A stretch of 10,845 nucleotides of DNA from assembly GCA_019429005.1 (NCBI GenBank), contig JAHYJR010000011.1:1-10845 (forward strand). Reading direction: 5' to 3'. Below are positions 6,631-10,845 of the stretch, in pieces. The stretch's first letter is position 1. Every line of letters begins with the position of its first letter. The position numbers and the translations under genes are program-made. The stretch comes from Nanobdellati archaeon. GTDB taxonomy: Archaea; EX4484-52; GLR71. A model generated the notes under the pieces. It was not told where the DNA came from and searched no databases. It was given only the letters and a program-made list of their open reading frames with translations.

Positions 6631-8529
6631 TCAAATCACCTTCACAATCGTATTTGGTATTTTATTTTTCAAGTATTCATCACAGTTGACTTTTGTTGAA
6701 TCATCCTTGAATGAAGAGTCTTTAAAGACTATCCTTGAGGGATTAAGTTCTGCTATTTGCTTTATGGTCTCTAAATCAATATCGTTGTCAAAACATGCAA
6801 TAAGAAAGGTATCATTTACCTTGTAGATGGTTTTGTTATTTAATTTTTGTTCTTCTATTTTTGCAGAGATTGGTATTGCAAGTTCAAGCAAGACCTGATA
6901 TAAAAGGTCTTTGTCGGTTCGGTCTTCCTTGATGTTATTTTTGAAATTAGTTAGGGTTCGTTGGTCAATTTCGTTAGGGTTATAATAGACATCTTTCATG
7001 TTTGACGAATCTGTCTTAAACACTCTGAAGCCGAAATCTACATTTTTTAGATCTTTGTCTTTGTTGTCATCTTGAATCTTTTTGGCTGCTCTTCTTATGC
7101 GTTCTTTGCCGATTTCACAGATGTTTTTGTATCCCGCCTTGAATGCTTCTGAATCCTCTGCCGTTGGCTCTGGAAGCTGTACCATGATGAACTTGCGGTT
7201 GCCGCCGTCTTCTGCATTTAGCTGCATGACTGCGTGGGCGGTTGTGGCGGAGCCTGAGAAGAAGTCGAGGATTATATCGCCTTCATTGGAACTTATGGCA
7301 CATAAAAACTGTATTAAATCATATGGTTTTGAGTAATCAAATATTTTTGTCCCAAAAAGTTTTTCCATTTGTTTAGTAGCTTGCGTACTTGAATATTTTG
7401 AGATTACTGCTCTAAAAGGTACTTGTCTTGAAATAGGTTCTCCGTTATGATCCACTTTGAAATACTGTTTAGTATAAACCCAGAGTTTGCCATCGGTATT
7501 TTTTCGAATTTCAATAAAACGGTTTTTCAATCCCCATTCATATTTCGATTGGGACCATCTCCAGCAACCCCTTTTCCCATTTTCTGACGGGGTTACTTTC
7601 TCACCATTCGGGAGTTTAATCTCGTAATCAAGAGACTTAGAATATTGTATGCTGAAGCTATTTAATTTTATTAATTTGTATCTTCCTCTCTCCTTTACAA
7701 ACTCATCCTCATAAGAATATGAATTATCTTCTTGAGTAGTTTCACCTTGAATTCCGCATTCATCTATATCTTTAGCATAACATAAAATATATTCATGTTT
7801 TATTCTGAAAAACTTACTATCTGATGAACCTCCTCCTTCTTTATTCTCCCAAACAAGCTGTGATATAAAATTCCCTCCCCCAAAAATTTCATCACATATC
7901 TTCTTTAAATTATCCACTTCGTTATCATCAATCGAAATAAAAATAACCCCGTCATCCCTCAACAAATCCTTTGCAATAACCAGCCGCTCAAACATCATGG
8001 AAAGCCAGTCGCTATGGAATCTGCCGTTTGTTGTTGTGTTTTTGAATAGCTTATTTCCGCCTTCGTCTATTGCACCAGATTCTTTGTCCTCTGCATTTTT
8101 TGATTTTGTAAAGTTATCTTTATATACAAAATCTTTACCTGTATTATATGGTGGATCTATGTAAATCATTTTTATTTTGTTCAGGTAAGATTCTTGTAAA
8201 AGTTTTAATACCTCAAAATTATCTCCTTCAATATAAAGATTCTCTGTGTTTTCAAAATCAACGGAATCACCTGGGACTGGGCGCAATGTTTTATTTATTG
8301 GCATTACTATCTTCTGTCTAGACTTTTGCTTTCCCGCCCAAGTAAGGTCATATACTTCTGAATTATTGTCTGCATAATCACCGACCAATTCTTTAAGTTT
8401 ATCTGCATTAATTGTTTTGATTAGATTTCCATCTTTTTCAACTTCAGTTATTATTTCAGGAAATAGTTTTATTAGTTTAGCAATATTTTCCTGTGTTAAA
8501 TCCTTTGTAGTCATAGTTAATTTTTTCAT
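6631..8529 (-). CDS. mod: Type III restriction-modification system N6-adenine methyltransferase Mod
   Basis: LTWAGK, NLYIEGDNFEVLKLLQ, catalytic IYIDPPYNTG (DPPY at 8157-8146), HSDWLSMM, IFISIDDNE and SAM-binding ILDFFSGSATT occur in beta-class order with the TRD between them. ATG at 8529 is preferred, being 1 nt after the upstream TAA. Confidence 0.95.
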   Translation of the reverse strand: MKKLTMTTKDLTQENIAKLIKLFPEIITEVEKDGNLIKTINADKLKELVGDYADNNSEVYDLTWAGKQKSRQKIVMPINKTLRPVPGDSVDFENTENLYIEGDNFEVLKLLQESYLNKIKMIYIDPPYNTGKDFVYKDNFTKSKNAEDKESGAIDEGGNKLFKNTTTNGRFHSDWLSMMFERLVIAKDLLRDDGVIFISIDDNEVDNLKKICDEIFGGGNFISQLVWENKEGGGSSDSKFFRIKHEYILCYAKDIDECGIQGETTQEDNSYSYEDEFVKERGRYKLIKLNSFSIQYSKSLDYEIKLPNGEKVTPSENGKRGCWRWSQSKYEWGLKNRFIEIRKNTDGKLWVYTKQYFKVDHNGEPISRQVPFRAVISKYSSTQATKQMEKLFGTKIFDYSKPYDLIQFLCAISSNEGDIILDFFSGSATTAHAVMQLNAEDGGNRKFIMVQLPEPTAEDSEAFKAGYKNICEIGKERIRRAAKKIQDDNKDKDLKNVDFGFRVFKTDSSNMKDVYYNPNEIDQRTLTNFKNNIKEDRTDKDLLYQVLLELAIPISAKIEEQKLNNKTIYKVNDTFLIACFDNDIDLETIKQIAELNPSRIVFKDSSFKDDSTKVNCDEYLKNKIPNTIVKVI

Positions 8530-8530
8530 A

Positions 8531-10774
8531 TTATTCACTATCCCTTGCACTAATTATTCTTTCTGTAACTGTTATAAATTGTTCAACAAGAGTTACAATC
8601 TCATTTGTTTCAATAAGAGTATAACTATCTCTTGATTCATGAACGTAATGTAATTCTGGATCTAATCCAAATGTTCCAAGTAATATTTTTGAGCATTTAG
8701 GCTGTTTTAATTCCTTAAATACATTTCCAATCTCAGTTTCATAATCCGAATATTGTTCCTTAAAAACTGATTCAATTCTATAATCTCCAATTAGTTGCTT
8801 CATACCAATACTATTTATTTTATCATACGGTATTTTTAATTTTAGGTTTTTTGCGATTTTAAATAAGGTATGTTCAAGAGAAAGTCTTGTATATAATGCA
8901 GTCGCACGTATATCTTTTTGTCTTAAATGTTCTTTTGCTTTTGAAATACAACTTCCATTAATCGGTTTGTAATTAACACCTTCACTTAGATTCCAATTAG
9001 ATTTTAACGCAACATAAGACTCATAATTAAATGAGGTTATCAAAATTTCAAAAAATAATCTATCTGACGAAAAAAGGATTAATTGAATTCCTTCATTAGA
9101 TAAACTATGAAAATATTTAATCAGATTATATCTGTGTTCATGATCTATTGCATATATTGGATCATCAACAAATAATGTCTTTATTTTTGTTGAATTAATT
9201 TTAAAATTAGCCATGAGTAAAGCAAAACCAAGACATTTTAAATGACCTGTACTCAAAGTGGAAACAGCATCTTCATAGACTCCATTAATTTTTACTTTAA
9301 AATCAATTAGGGGATTTGTTTCTTCTAATTTAGAAACATTTATTTTTAAGTCTTCAATATGTTTATCATGTTCAGATTGATTAATATCATTATATATTTT
9401 AAAAACTATATCTTTAGATAATGAATCGAGTTCACTCTGAATTTTGTTTTTATATGTTTGAGAAAATACGTCTTGATATTTAGTAATATCCCTTTTTATG
9501 ATTGTAATTGTTTTGAATTCTTTCTCTATTTCGTTATATTTTTTTTCAATATTAGTAAGTTCCTTTATTTTTTCAACATATTGTTTTGTTAAGATTATAT
9601 TTGAAGATGAATTTTTTTCAATTAAAGACATTAAATCTGGTTTTAATTTCAATAATTTATTTATTTGATCCAGATTATTTTTAGAAATGAAATCAGACAA
9701 ATTCAAATCAGTTAATAATTTTGTTATATTTTCTTTTTGAAGGTTCAACTCTTGACTCTCCTTTTTCATCAAAGAATTTAATTCAATCAATGTTTCATTT
9801 AATTGTGTGAAATCCTTATTTTGAGATTTTATTTTAGATAGTTGATTCCTTATTTTATTAGTATCAATATTGGTATTATGACAAATAGGACATTCTTTAA
9901 TATCAAAATATTTATTAAAAAAATCGTCTGCTGAATTAATTATTTTTAGTTTTGAGTCATCAATATTAATATTAATCTCTTTTTTCTTATTTTCTAAATT
10001 GTTTATTTTTAACTGATATTTTCCGAGAGTTTCATGTATGTTATAAAATAATGTCAGCGTTTTTTCTAAATACTTATATTTATTAGGATCTTTAATTTGA
10101 TTGGAAAAATAATCCATTTTACTTTCCCAGTCAATGCCAAGCATGTCATCCATACTATTTTTTAAATTTGAAATCTCCACACTTAATTCTATCTTTTTTC
10201 TTTTTATATGTTCAAATATGTCATTTAACGGGTCGTATTTTTTTGTAACCTCATTCTTTAAAGCAATTAATTTTTTATCAAATTCTCGTAATTCCTCAAA
10301 ATTTAAAAGTTCAGAGAATGCTTTCCATAAGTTTGCGGGAGCATCTAATACAAATTTATTAATTCGATTTATATCTATAAATGATGCATCTGAGAAATCA
10401 TGAGTTATACCATTTGGAGATGGAGAGATTATAGGATTACATAAAGATGTTTTTCCATCTAAACATCTTGATAATTTATTATTATCCTCAAACTCAATTT
10501 CAGTTAATAAATCTAAACTATAATCGGTATTTTTGTTTTTTAAGAATTCATTACAATTACATCTCCTATTTTTTGATTCTTCACAATCTCCAGTTATGCA
10601 CCATTCTAACACATCATATAATGATGACTTTCCGGTACCATTTTCTCCTAAAATAAATACATTTTTTAACTTAAAATTCAATGTTTGAGGGGATCTAATA
10701 TTGTCAAGGGGGAGGTTCTTAAAACCCCTAAGCCCATTTACTTTAATATTTTTAATCTTGACCATTTTTATCAT
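8531..10774 (-). CDS. Rad50/SbcC-like (SMC-type) ABC ATPase with zinc hook and putative C-terminal HEPN-like domain (RloC-like architecture)
   Basis: Walker A GENGTGKS, long coiled coil with central CPIC (9892-9881), signature LSTGH (9256-9242), Walker B/D-loop LFVDDPIYAID. These are followed by about 140 extra aa containing ATALYTRLSLE and LDPELH. The start could be the ATG at 10765 (MVKIKNIKV). The ATPase call is firm; the HEPN call is tentative. Confidence 0.8.
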   Translation of the reverse strand: MIKMVKIKNIKVNGLRGFKNLPLDNIRSPQTLNFKLKNVFILGENGTGKSSLYDVLEWCITGDCEESKNRRCNCNEFLKNKNTDYSLDLLTEIEFEDNNKLSRCLDGKTSLCNPIISPSPNGITHDFSDASFIDINRINKFVLDAPANLWKAFSELLNFEELREFDKKLIALKNEVTKKYDPLNDIFEHIKRKKIELSVEISNLKNSMDDMLGIDWESKMDYFSNQIKDPNKYKYLEKTLTLFYNIHETLGKYQLKINNLENKKKEININIDDSKLKIINSADDFFNKYFDIKECPICHNTNIDTNKIRNQLSKIKSQNKDFTQLNETLIELNSLMKKESQELNLQKENITKLLTDLNLSDFISKNNLDQINKLLKLKPDLMSLIEKNSSSNIILTKQYVEKIKELTNIEKKYNEIEKEFKTITIIKRDITKYQDVFSQTYKNKIQSELDSLSKDIVFKIYNDINQSEHDKHIEDLKINVSKLEETNPLIDFKVKINGVYEDAVSTLSTGHLKCLGFALLMANFKINSTKIKTLFVDDPIYAIDHEHRYNLIKYFHSLSNEGIQLILFSSDRLFFEILITSFNYESYVALKSNWNLSEGVNYKPINGSCISKAKEHLRQKDIRATALYTRLSLEHTLFKIAKNLKLKIPYDKINSIGMKQLIGDYRIESVFKEQYSDYETEIGNVFKELKQPKCSKILLGTFGLDPELHYVHESRDSYTLIETNEIVTLVEQFITVTERIISARDSE

Positions 10775-10844
10775 ATTCCCTGATTATTTCTTCGATTTTA
10801 GTTGATAAATAATTGCGGTTTTCATATAGCCCATACTTTTCAAG
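10752..10844 (-). CDS. 3' end of an unidentified upstream gene (truncated by window edge)
   Basis: Open frame LEKYGLYENRNYLSTKIEEIIREYDKNGQD* ending in TAA at 10754-10752 and overlapping the ATPase start, like the other coupled junctions. Only 30 codons are visible. Confidence 0.5.
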   Translation of the reverse strand, partial: LEKYGLYENRNYLSTKIEEIIREYDKNGQD

Positions 10845-10845
10845 C

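Noticed and set aside
7873-7881. Possible phase-variable G tract in mod (GGGGGAGGG on the minus strand)
   Set aside because: The longest run is only 5 nt and the frame is intact. No tandem simple-sequence repeat typical of phasevarion mod genes was seen.
8530-8550. GTG start at 8550 for mod
   Set aside because: It would overlap the ATPase 3' end by 20 nt. ATG at 8529 follows the upstream stop by 1 nt, as at the mod-dinD junction.
1439-10656. Short antisense ORFs in the track (1439-1654, 2155-2352, 2759-3103, 2851-3045, 3079-3270, 3353-3625, 4516-4725, 5104-5289, 6146-6370, 7082-7336, 8417-8635, 10134-10403, 10447-10656)
   Set aside because: All lie opposite well-supported genes, have the F/I/L/S-rich composition typical of shadow frames in AT-rich DNA, and show no recognisable motifs.
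8531-10774. Housekeeping Rad50/SbcC, or Wadjet/Lamassu/retron-associated ATPase
   Set aside because: No Mre11/SbcD, JetABD, Lamassu partner or reverse transcriptase is visible in the window, and the protein has a C-terminal extension those lack. The unseen upstream gene leaves some uncertainty.
1-10845. Alternative genetic code (TGA recoded, as in Gracilibacteria/SR1 or Mollicutes) suggested by the low GC
   Set aside because: Long ORFs are intact under code 11, and TGA terminates mod and dinD exactly at coupled junctions.

Overview
AT-rich window that reads as part of an anti-phage defence island, probably archaeal. That origin is inferred from GGTGA/GAGGT ribosome-binding sites, TATA-box-like elements about 24-30 nt before start codons, and an MJ1437-type HAD gene. 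The right 8 kb is a tightly coupled minus-strand operon: [3' end of an unknown ORF] > Rad50/SbcC-type zinc-hook ABC ATPase with a HEPN-like C-terminal extension (RloC-like architecture, non-canonical motifs) > Type III R-M Mod > DinD (Bro-N) > Type III R-M Res. To the left lie a HAD hydrolase (-), a PD-(D/E)XK nuclease (+), and the 5' part of an SF2 helicase gene that appears to be cut at a TA dinucleotide by an IS630-family element. The C-terminus of that transposase (1-192) is missing from the ORF track. Additional structure seen directly in the sequence: a 19/21-identical direct repeat bracketing the nuclease+HAD pair, three intergenic perfect inverted repeats with a 1-nt centre, a perfect 28-bp palindrome inside dinD, and high-GC patches in mod flanking its target-recognition region. 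All family assignments come from motif recognition by eye; no searches were run.
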